A stretch of DNA of 25,412 bases from an uncultured Thermococci archaeon (lineage in GTDB: Archaea > Methanobacteriota_B > Thermococci > Thermococcales > Thermococcaceae): contig CAZTOS010000029.1 of the NCBI GenBank assembly GCA_964615185.1, positions 1 to 25,412 of the forward strand, written 5' to 3'. The position numbers were made by a program, and so were the translations under genes. Each line of letters begins with the position of its first letter. The first letter of the stretch is position 1. The notes beneath the pieces are model-generated. The model was not told the origin of the DNA. It worked only from the letters and a program-made list of their open reading frames with translations, and made no database searches. Below, one piece after another: positions 18,099-25,412 of this stretch.

Positions 18099-18106
18099 TT
18101 TATAAA
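18099..18106 (-). promoter_or_regulatory. TATA box of surE (leaderless transcript predicted)
   Basis: TTTATAAA with its first T 30 nt upstream of the ATG; no SD present. Confidence 0.7.
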
Positions 18107-18130
18107 TTTGTGGTAAAAGAGAAGAACAAC

Positions 18131-18715
18131 TCAGGTCGCCACTAAACTCTGCTTGGATGGTAGCTCTTCTGGAAGAGAGAAGTAAGCCACAATTTCCAAA
18201 ATTCTCGCCACAAAAATTATCAGAAATCCAACTAAGATTATTGCAGTCAGAGCACCTATGAAATAGAGTAATCCTGTCGTTTTAAAGAGATCTACATCTG
18301 TGTACTCAGCTATCAGCTCATAGCTTTTCTTGAGGTAGTAAGAACCAAGCAAGAACAGAATCCAGAAGATTATAAAGCCCACAAGAATACTGCCTATGAT
18401 TGCCATCATTGCCTCAAAATTCTGCATTTCATGCTCAAATGCTCTTGGACCACCCATTGCTATTACCGATGTCCCAAGAACCGTCATAATGGCTATTATT
18501 AAGGCAAGGAATGCACCAATTTGAAGAACAAACGAAATCAAATAGTTCTTGAATATTGCTTCATCCCCAGCTTCATCTGCAATCTCCTTAACTGCCAGAA
18601 GAATGAGCACAATGCCAACTATGCTCAATGCACCTCCGAACTTTGAGATTGCGCCACCAATCAATGCCAAAATTGCACCTATTCCTCCATACGTTTTAGC
18701 CTGGCTTAGCGTCAT
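18131..18715 (-). CDS. Multi-pass membrane protein (DUF996-like)
   Basis: AKTYGGIGAIL, AIFKNYL, LFKTTGLLYFIGA, IVAYFSLP; five to six hydrophobic helices. Confidence 0.75.
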   Translation of the reverse strand: MTLSQAKTYGGIGAILALIGGAISKFGGALSIVGIVLILLAVKEIADEAGDEAIFKNYLISFVLQIGAFLALIIAIMTVLGTSVIAMGGPRAFEHEMQNFEAMMAIIGSILVGFIIFWILFLLGSYYLKKSYELIAEYTDVDLFKTTGLLYFIGALTAIILVGFLIIFVARILEIVAYFSLPEELPSKQSLVAT

Positions 18716-18833
18716 GATTAACCACCAATGATGAATTACTAACTTATTAGATATAATCTTTTCTCTTTTTTAAGTTGAAAATGATCACAGCAACTTTAAA
18801 AACCCAAACTTCGATGCCTTGGTAGGTGAGAAA

Positions 18834-19802
18834 ATGACTTATTGGACAAGCGAAGACAATGTTGCTGGAAAAAAGGGAACAGCATTATTTATAATTTTAC
18901 CAACTATCGGTTGCTATCGTTATAGAATAGGACAAGCTTGCTACATGTGCTCCTATCCTGCATCTGCTCCTAAAACCCCATGGAGCCAAGAGAAAATAGT
19001 TGAATACGTGAAAAAGGCTCTCAAAAAAATTGAAGATAAGGAGAGAGTTGCCGTGAGAATCTTTACTTCTGGCTCATTCCTTGATGATGGTGAGCTTAAA
19101 CCAGAGACGAGAAAGAAGATTTTCAAACTTTTAGCTGGGTATGATAATATCAAAGAAATTGTGATAGAATCAAGATCTGAGCTTGTAAGATACGATGCCA
19201 TTAAAGAACTTGCCGATATTGTGCAAAACAAACATTTTGAAGTTGCAATTGGGCTTGAGACCGCAAACGATGACATAATCGATGTGAGTATAAACAAGGG
19301 CAATACTTTTGAACAATTTGTTAGTGCCAGTGAAGAGATAAAACGTGCAGGTGCAAAAGTTAAGACATACCTTCTCCTAAAGCCCATTTTCTTAAGTGAG
19401 AGAGATGGAATTGAAGATATAAAAGAGAGCATAAAAAAAGCCGCCCCTTATACGGATACATTTTCTATAAATATAACTAACATCCAAAAAGGCACAGTTT
19501 ATGAGAGACTTTGGGAAAAACGTGAGTACAGACCTCCATGGTTATGGAGTGTTGTTGAGATTTTAAAATGGGCGAAAAGAGCATTTCCAGAGAAAAGAAT
19601 TCTCAGTGATCCGGTAGGTGCTGGTTCAAAGAGAGGCCCCCATAATTGCGGAAGGTGTGATAAGATGATTGCTGATGCAATAAGAAGGTTTTCGACAACT
19701 CAAGAACTTAAATATCTCGAGAATCTTGAGCATGAATGCAGAGCTGAATGGAGCCATATAGTTCAAGAAGGAATCTTGGACTGGCAATTGCTTACCTACT
19801 AA
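18834..19802 (+). CDS. Archaeosine biosynthesis radical SAM protein RaSEA
   Basis: Extended radical SAM motif GC-X8-CYMC, IFTSGSFLD, ESR, AIGLETAND, KTYLLLKPIFLSE, YRPPWLWS, RGPHNCGRCD. AGGTGA SD favours the ATG at 18834. Confidence 0.9.
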   Translation: MTYWTSEDNVAGKKGTALFIILPTIGCYRYRIGQACYMCSYPASAPKTPWSQEKIVEYVKKALKKIEDKERVAVRIFTSGSFLDDGELKPETRKKIFKLLAGYDNIKEIVIESRSELVRYDAIKELADIVQNKHFEVAIGLETANDDIIDVSINKGNTFEQFVSASEEIKRAGAKVKTYLLLKPIFLSERDGIEDIKESIKKAAPYTDTFSINITNIQKGTVYERLWEKREYRPPWLWSVVEILKWAKRAFPEKRILSDPVGAGSKRGPHNCGRCDKMIADAIRRFSTTQELKYLENLEHECRAEWSHIVQEGILDWQLLTY

Positions 19803-19963
19803 GCTCTCATTATATTTACATTTGTAAACATGATTCATGGCAAAACATCTTAAAAGAGTATTCATTTGGATTGTCAAAACCGTCAAATGAACTCTCAAAA
19901 TTCTCATTTCAATGCACAAAGATGAATACTGTTCAGTTTTAACGATATCACACTTTTGGTTTT

Positions 19964-19977
19964 CGAAAGCTTTAAAT
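19964..19977 (+). promoter_or_regulatory. BRE/TATA promoter of the oxidoreductase operon
   Basis: CGAAAG-CTTTAAAT about 45 nt upstream of the ATG at 20022. Confidence 0.75.
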
Positions 19978-20021
19978 GTTTTACATACGTAAAAATTTTG
20001 AGCGATTTGTAGGTGATGATT

Positions 20022-20279
20022 ATGGCAGATGTCGAAATTAAAAAGGAAAACTACCTTGTGATTGGGAAGACCAAAAACGTAGAAATTGACGTTGACACTT
20101 TTCTCTGCAAGGGCTGCGGAATCTGTGTCGAGCTATGCCCAAGAAAAGTCTTTGAATGGAGCAAAGAACTGAGCGAAAAGGGTGTGCACTATCCAGTTCC
20201 AGTTCATGCTGATAAATGTGTCAGATGTAAGCTCTGCGAACTCTTGTGTCCAGATTTCGCCATAGCCGTTAGGTGGTAG
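20022..20279 (+). CDS. korD: 2-oxoacid (2-oxoglutarate):ferredoxin oxidoreductase delta subunit, 2x[4Fe-4S]
   Basis: CKGCGICVELCP and CVRCKLCELLCPDFAI; AGGTGAT SD. Confidence 0.9.
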   Translation: MADVEIKKENYLVIGKTKNVEIDVDTFLCKGCGICVELCPRKVFEWSKELSEKGVHYPVPVHADKCVRCKLCELLCPDFAIAVRW

Positions 20280-20281
20280 TT

Positions 20282-21469
20282 ATGATTGTTCGAGGCGATG
20301 AACCAAAGCAGATTGCCCTTTTAAAAAAGCTCTACCCTAAGGGAAACTATTTCATGCAAGGAGACGAGGCAATAGCCTATGGAGCAATCTTTGCAGGTTG
20401 TAGATTCTATGCTGGCTATCCAATAACACCAGCAAGTGAAATTGCCGAGACTATGGCAAGAGAATTACCAAAGGTTAGGGGCTATTATATCCAAATGGAG
20501 GACGAGATTGGGAGTATTGCCGCTATTATTGGTGCTTCTTGGACAGGTTTAAAGTCAATGACTGCTACAAGCGGTCCTGGATTCAGCCTGATGCAGGAAA
20601 ATCTGGGTTATGCTGTTATGACTGAGACCCCAATAGTTGTTGTTGATGTGCAAAGGAGTGGGCCATCAACTGGACAAGCAACAAAAGGTGCCCAAGGAGA
20701 CTTTTTCCAAGCAAGGTGGGGAACCCATGGGGATCACCCAATTGTTGCTATTTCACCAATAAGCGTTGAAGACTCATTCTGGGAAACAATAAGGGCATTT
20801 AACATCTCTGAAAAGCTTAGAATTCCTGTTGTCCTTCTTGCGGATGGAATAATTGGGCATACAAGAGAGCAAATCAGAATCCCCGACCCAGAAGAAGTTG
20901 AGATAGTTTACAGAAAGCTCCCCAAAAATGAGGAAGAGGCAAAATATCCATTTGGAGATGTTGATGGCTCCCTTGTTCCGCCGATGCCTCTCTTTGGTCA
21001 CGGTTATTTCACCCACGTAACAGGTTCAACCCACAAGGAGACGGGTTTAAGAGATGTTTACACTCCAGAGGTGCATATAAAACTTGTAAACCGCCTGCAC
21101 AAGAAGATTGAGAAGCATGAGAGGGAGATAGAGAATTGGGAAGAGTACTTCACCGATGACATGGAAATCCTCGTTATAAGTTGGGGGGTCTCAGCAAGAC
21201 CATCCCTTGGTGCTGTTCTCAAGGCAAGGGAAGAGGGCATAAAAGCTGGGCTTTTCATTCCAAAGACCGTACATCCTTTCCCAGGTAAAAAGGTTAAGGA
21301 GCTTGCAAGGAAAGTTAGAGCTATTCTCGTCCCAGAGATGAACCTCGGGCAGCTAATCCTTGAAGTGCAACGCTATGTGAACGATGATGTAATTCTAAAA
21401 GGTGTTAACAAGATTGGTGGTGTTCCTTTAACGGTTGAAGAAATTCTCCGCGAGATAAGGGGTGTGTGA
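20282..21469 (+). CDS. korA: 2-oxoacid:ferredoxin oxidoreductase alpha subunit, copy 1
   Basis: FYAGYPITPASE, QMEDEIGS, TATSGPGFSLMQE, VQRSGPSTG, PEMNLGQ. Confidence 0.92.
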   Translation: MIVRGDEPKQIALLKKLYPKGNYFMQGDEAIAYGAIFAGCRFYAGYPITPASEIAETMARELPKVRGYYIQMEDEIGSIAAIIGASWTGLKSMTATSGPGFSLMQENLGYAVMTETPIVVVDVQRSGPSTGQATKGAQGDFFQARWGTHGDHPIVAISPISVEDSFWETIRAFNISEKLRIPVVLLADGIIGHTREQIRIPDPEEVEIVYRKLPKNEEEAKYPFGDVDGSLVPPMPLFGHGYFTHVTGSTHKETGLRDVYTPEVHIKLVNRLHKKIEKHEREIENWEEYFTDDMEILVISWGVSARPSLGAVLKAREEGIKAGLFIPKTVHPFPGKKVKELARKVRAILVPEMNLGQLILEVQRYVNDDVILKGVNKIGGVPLTVEEILREIRGV

Positions 21470-21470
21470 G

Positions 21471-22319
21471 ATGGCTAAGGAGATTTACACCAAATATAAG
21501 ATGGCAAAATATCTGAGAAAAGAAGCCCTGCCGACAGCTTTATGCCCCGGCTGTGGTGGTGGAACTGTTCTCAATGCCTTTGCAAATGCAATTGACCAGC
21601 TCAAGATTGACCCAAGGGACTTGGTTGTTGTGAGCGGAATTGGCTGTTCAGCTTGGATTGCCTCACCGTACTTCTTGGCTGACACCCTTCACACAACTCA
21701 CGGAAGGGCAATAGCCTTTGCAACAGGTGTTAAGGTTGGCTTGCCAGATAAAAAGGTCGTCGTGATTAGTGGGGATGGCGATTTAGCTGGAATCGGCGGG
21801 AATCATCTCATCCACGCGGCGAGAAGAAATATCGACATAACAGTCATCTTGGTGAACAACTTCATTTACGGAATGACTGGTGGTCAAGTTGCACCAACAA
21901 CACCTTTTGGTGCCAAAACGACAACAACGCCCTACAGAAACATAGAGCATCCCTTGAACATAGCTGAAGTTGTAGCTGAAGCTGGAGCGAGTTATGTTGC
22001 AAGGTGGACAACTGCTCACGTTTACCAGCTCATTGAGAGCATAAAGAGAGCTCTCCAAGTGAAGGGCTTCTCACTTGTTGAGGTCATCTCACAGTGTCCA
22101 GTTCAGTTTGGGAGGAGGAATAAGATGAAGGAGCCAGCTGAAATGCTCAGATGGTTCCTCAAGAACTCTATACCAATAAGCAAGGCAAAGAACATGAGCA
22201 GAGAAGAATTAGAAGGCAAATTTGTAATCGGAGAATTCGTCAATAGACAAAGACCAGAGTTTACGGAAGAGCTTAACAAGCTGATTGAAGAAGTTGCAGG
22301 TGATGAAGATGCAGGTTAG
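21471..22319 (+). CDS. korB: 2-oxoacid:ferredoxin oxidoreductase beta (TPP-binding) subunit, copy 1
   Basis: CPGCG, SGIGCS, HTTHGRA, GDGD...NN TPP motif, YGMTGGQVAPTT, SQCP. Confidence 0.92.
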   Translation: MAKEIYTKYKMAKYLRKEALPTALCPGCGGGTVLNAFANAIDQLKIDPRDLVVVSGIGCSAWIASPYFLADTLHTTHGRAIAFATGVKVGLPDKKVVVISGDGDLAGIGGNHLIHAARRNIDITVILVNNFIYGMTGGQVAPTTPFGAKTTTTPYRNIEHPLNIAEVVAEAGASYVARWTTAHVYQLIESIKRALQVKGFSLVEVISQCPVQFGRRNKMKEPAEMLRWFLKNSIPISKAKNMSREELEGKFVIGEFVNRQRPEFTEELNKLIEEVAGDEDAG

Positions 22320-22821
22320 ATTTGCTGGTATAGGTGGACAGGGTGTTGTTTTAGCTGGTGTAATCTTGGGTGAAGCCGCCGCAATTGAAGGGCTAAACGT
22401 TGTTCAGACTCAAGATTACAGCTCAGCTTCAAGAGGTGGACACTCAATAGCCGATGTTATCATTTCGAAGGAGCCCATTTATGACCTGATTGTCACTAAG
22501 GCTGACGTTCTTGTGGCTTTAGCCCAACTCGGATATAACACCACAAAAGACTCACTTAAAGAAGATGGGCTCTTGATAGTTGATACAGATTTAGTTAAGC
22601 CAGATAGAGAGTTTATAGGTGCTCCTTTTACCAGAATCGCTGAAGAAACAACTGGTCTTGCATTAACCGTGAATATGGTTGCTCTTGGTTATTTGGTTGC
22701 CAAAACTGGGATTGTTAAGAAAGAAAGTGTTGAGGAAGCTATAAGGAGGAGAGTTCCGAAAGGAACTGAAGATATTAATTTGAAAGCCTTTAGGGCGGGT
22801 TATGAGGAGGGATTGAAATGA
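22309..22821 (+). CDS. 2-oxoacid:ferredoxin oxidoreductase gamma subunit, copy 1
   Basis: AGIGGQGVVLAG, TQDYSSASRGG, NMVALG, INLKAF. AGGTGA SD favours the ATG at 22309. Confidence 0.9.
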   Translation: MQVRFAGIGGQGVVLAGVILGEAAAIEGLNVVQTQDYSSASRGGHSIADVIISKEPIYDLIVTKADVLVALAQLGYNTTKDSLKEDGLLIVDTDLVKPDREFIGAPFTRIAEETTGLALTVNMVALGYLVAKTGIVKKESVEEAIRRRVPKGTEDINLKAFRAGYEEGLK

Positions 22822-23981
22822 GATATCCATTTCCCGTTGGCAAAAGTGATTTTATACAAGGTGATGAGGCTATAGCAAGGGCTGCAATTTTAGCTGGGTG
22901 TAGATTTTATGCAGGATATCCTATTACACCGGCAAGCGAGATTTTTGAAGCCATGGCTCTTTACATGCCCCTTGTTGATGGTGTATCTGTCCAAATGGAA
23001 GATGAATTAGCCAGCATTGCCGCTATCATAGGAGCCTCTTGGGTTGGAGTTAAAGCCATGACTGCCACAAGTGGTCCCGGATTTAGCCTAATGATGGAAA
23101 ATCTTGGTTATGCAATCATGACTGAAACTCCGATAGTTGTTGTCAATGTTCAGAGAGGTGGCCCTTCAACAGGTCAACCAACCCTACCTGCCCAAGGGGA
23201 TGTCATGCAAGCAATTTGGGGAACCCATGGAGATCACAGCTTAATAGTGTTAACTCCGGCAACAGTTCAAGAGGCTTTTGATATGACCATTAGAGCATTC
23301 AACTTAGCTGAAAAATACAGAACACCCGTTGTTCTGCTCAGTGATGCTGAAGTTGGACACATGCGTGAGCGCGTAAATATTCCAAACCCGGAGGATATAG
23401 AACTCGTTTACCGCAAATTGCCTGCAAATGAGGAGGAAGCAAAGTATCCATTTGGCGATATTCACGGCGATTTGATACCTCCAATGCCAATCTTTGGAAA
23501 AGGGTACAGAACCTACGTCACTGGACTTACCCACGATGAGAAAGGAAGACCGAAAACAGTAGATGCCGAAATTCATCAAAAACTTATTGAAAGAATTGTA
23601 AACAAGATCGAAAAGAACAAAAAAGATATTATCGACTATGAGACTTTTGAGCTCGATGATGCTGAAGTGGCAATAATAAGCTATGGAATCGTTGCTCGTT
23701 CTGCAATAAGGGCTGTGAAAATGCTTCGTAGTGAAGGAATCAAGGCAGGATTGCTTAAGCTCAACGTTGTATGGCCATTCGATTTTGAGATGATTGAGAA
23801 AATAGCGGAACAAGTTCACGCAATCTATGTTCCAGAGATGAATCTCGGGCAGGTGTATCATCTTGTTAAAGAAGGGGCCAATGGAAAAGCGAGAGTTGAA
23901 CTTATTCCAAAAATTGGTGGGGAAGTTCATACACCTCAAGAGATTGTTAAAGCTGTTAAGAGGTGTGAGAAATGTATCTGA
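22818..23981 (+). CDS. korA: 2-oxoacid:ferredoxin oxidoreductase alpha subunit, copy 2
   Basis: FYAGYPITPASE, QMEDELAS, TATSGPGFSL, VQRGGPSTGQPT, PEMNLGQ; ATGA overlap with the upstream gene. Confidence 0.92.
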   Translation: MRYPFPVGKSDFIQGDEAIARAAILAGCRFYAGYPITPASEIFEAMALYMPLVDGVSVQMEDELASIAAIIGASWVGVKAMTATSGPGFSLMMENLGYAIMTETPIVVVNVQRGGPSTGQPTLPAQGDVMQAIWGTHGDHSLIVLTPATVQEAFDMTIRAFNLAEKYRTPVVLLSDAEVGHMRERVNIPNPEDIELVYRKLPANEEEAKYPFGDIHGDLIPPMPIFGKGYRTYVTGLTHDEKGRPKTVDAEIHQKLIERIVNKIEKNKKDIIDYETFELDDAEVAIISYGIVARSAIRAVKMLRSEGIKAGLLKLNVVWPFDFEMIEKIAEQVHAIYVPEMNLGQVYHLVKEGANGKARVELIPKIGGEVHTPQEIVKAVKRCEKCI

Positions 23982-24817
23982 AGCTCAGTTATGAAATTAG
24001 AGACAAATATCTAAGAAAGGACATGCTCCCAACGATTTTCTGTCCTGGCTGTGGTATTGGTTCAGTTTTACAATACACACTTAGAGCAATCGATGAGCTC
24101 GGTTGGAGCAAAGATGAGGTAGTTTGGGTGAGTGGAATTGGATGTTCATCGAGAGTTCCAGGATTTGTGGACTTCGATGGTCTTCACACAACTCATGGAA
24201 GAGCTTTAGCTTTTGCTACTGGAATAAAGATGGCAAGACCAGATTTGAAGGTTATAGCATTTATGGGAGACGGGGATACGGCAGCAATTGGTGGAAACCA
24301 CTTCATTCATGCAATCAGGAGAAATTTGGATGTCACTGTGATACTTATTAACAACTTCACTTATGGAATGACAGGTGGTCAGGTTGCTCCAACAACTCTC
24401 AAAGGGCTACGAGGAACAACTGCCCCCTATGGACAGTTTGAGAACCCCTTTGACATTGCTGAACTGGCTGTTGCCGCTGGGGCAAACTATGTTGCAAGAT
24501 GGACTGTCTTCAATTATCTTCAGGGAATAAACAGCATAAAGAAGGCTTTACAAAAGAAAGGTTTCAGCTTAGTTGAGTTCCTTTCACCCTGTCCAATCAG
24601 CTTTGGAAGAAGAAACAGAATGAAAACTGCTCCTGAACTAATAAAGTGGTATAACAAGATTACAGTTCCAATTAGCAAAGCTAAGAAGATGAGTCCAGAA
24701 GAGCTTGAAGGCAAGATTATCATCGGTGAGTTCGTTGACAGAGACAGACCAAGCTTAGATGAGGAATATGAAGAGTACAAGAAGAGGGCAAAGAAAATAA
24801 TGGGGTGGGAAGGATGA
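23972..24817 (+). CDS. korB: 2-oxoacid:ferredoxin oxidoreductase beta subunit, copy 2
   Basis: FCPGCG, SGIGCSSR, HTTHGRA, GDGD...NN, YGMTGGQVAPTT, SPCP. Confidence 0.92.
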   Translation: MYLKLSYEIRDKYLRKDMLPTIFCPGCGIGSVLQYTLRAIDELGWSKDEVVWVSGIGCSSRVPGFVDFDGLHTTHGRALAFATGIKMARPDLKVIAFMGDGDTAAIGGNHFIHAIRRNLDVTVILINNFTYGMTGGQVAPTTLKGLRGTTAPYGQFENPFDIAELAVAAGANYVARWTVFNYLQGINSIKKALQKKGFSLVEFLSPCPISFGRRNRMKTAPELIKWYNKITVPISKAKKMSPEELEGKIIIGEFVDRDRPSLDEEYEEYKKRAKKIMGWEG

Positions 24818-25380
24818 GAAAGGAAGTCCTCATCAGCGGTTTTGGTGGTCAAGGTGTCATCTTAGCAAGTGTAATACTTGGAAGGGCTGCGACAGTGTAT
24901 GAAGGCCTCTATGCTGTGCAGACTCAATCATATGGTCCCGAGTCAAGAGGGGGAGCAAGCAGAGCTGAGGTTGTTATAAGCGATGAACCAATAGATTATC
25001 CAAAAACTCTCCGGCCAGATTATGCTATATTCCTCTCCCAAGAAGCGTATCAAAAATATATTGGTCAATTGAAGGAAAATGCCGTGTTGATACTCGAAAA
25101 GGATTTAATTCCACACAGAAATGAAGAAGTGGAGAAAAAGCTCAAGCTTAAGGTTTACGCACTCCCACTCACGGAGATTGCAGAAGAAACAACAGGGCTT
25201 AGTTTAACAATGAACATATTAACATTGGGGCTCTTTGTTGCATTAACCAAAATTGTGAGCAGAGAAGCGATAGAAAAGGCTGTCTTGGATGCTGTTCCAA
25301 AAGGGACAGAGCAGATAAACTTGAAAGCACTTTACAAAGGATTTGAACTTGGAGAGAAAGCTCTGAAGGGAGAGCTTTAA
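24814..25380 (+). CDS. 2-oxoacid:ferredoxin oxidoreductase gamma subunit, copy 2
   Basis: SGFGGQGVILAS, TQSYGPESRGGASRAEV, NILTLG, INLKAL; ATGA overlap at 24814-24817. Confidence 0.9.
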   Translation: MRKEVLISGFGGQGVILASVILGRAATVYEGLYAVQTQSYGPESRGGASRAEVVISDEPIDYPKTLRPDYAIFLSQEAYQKYIGQLKENAVLILEKDLIPHRNEEVEKKLKLKVYALPLTEIAEETTGLSLTMNILTLGLFVALTKIVSREAIEKAVLDAVPKGTEQINLKALYKGFELGEKALKGEL

Positions 25381-25412
25381 TTTTTGTTTTTCTTAAGTTT
25401 TGTCTTTAATTT
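25381..25412 (+). terminator. Oligo-T terminator of the oxidoreductase operon
   Basis: TTTTTGTTTTT immediately after the stop codon. Confidence 0.65.

Noticed and set aside
18728..18780. ATGATGA C-box-like heptamer between the DUF996-like gene and RaSEA
   Set aside because: No properly spaced CTGA D'/D boxes; the region is occupied by divergent promoters.
19626..19942. ORFs 19626-19919 (-) and 19748-19942 (+) extending into the RaSEA-korD gap
   Set aside because: They overlap RaSEA, show no convincing SD or motif, and look like random AT-rich sequence.
19946..19962. TATCAC upstream of the kor BRE, resembling the TGM (TrmBL1/Tgr) site TATCAC-N5-GTGATA
   Set aside because: Only the left half matches; the right half reads TGGTTT.
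1381..24852. Numerous 60-211 aa ORFs antisense or out of frame to real genes (e.g. 1381-1692, 9176-9622, 17540-18037, 18953-19432, 23304-23939)
   Set aside because: They are shadows of well-supported genes, with Ser/Phe/Ile-rich composition and no recognisable motifs.
1..25412. CRISPR array, cas genes, IS elements, integrase, tRNA/rRNA, inteins
   Set aside because: No regularly spaced repeats, transposase or integrase motifs, GC-rich structural RNA blocks or oversized host proteins were seen.

Overview
A 25.4-kb, AT-rich chromosomal window from a hyperthermophilic archaeon of the order Thermococcales, most likely a Thermococcus (inferred from the proteins, GGAGG/GGTGA Shine-Dalgarno sites and BRE/TATA promoters). 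Most of it is core genome. The left part carries rps17e, the heat-shock repressor Phr with a palindromic operator over its own promoter, thymidine kinase, form III RuBisCO, an archaeal histone, a gar1-tfb-[box C/D sRNA]-phosphoesterase unit and a TIP49/RuvB-like ATPase. The middle is a 12-gene minus-strand string: aIF-1A, Rio1, Dim2/Pno1, topo VI B and A, DUF530-like, DUF1699-like HTH, DUF4129-like, MptA, DUF2284-like, CARF, PIN. The right part carries surE, a DUF996-like membrane protein, RaSEA and a seven-gene 2-oxoacid:ferredoxin oxidoreductase operon (delta-alpha-beta-gamma-alpha-beta-gamma). No CRISPR array, tRNA, rRNA, IS or integrase was seen. The best novelty candidate is a tightly coupled pair: a stand-alone CARF protein with ring-nuclease-like motifs plus an extended PIN nuclease, with no cas gene in the window. 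Also notable are a box C/D sRNA whose D box overlaps a start codon and a perfectly duplicated BRE-TATA element upstream of gar1-tfb. Family assignments come from motif recognition only, with no database searches; several starts were moved from the ORF track to SD-supported codons.
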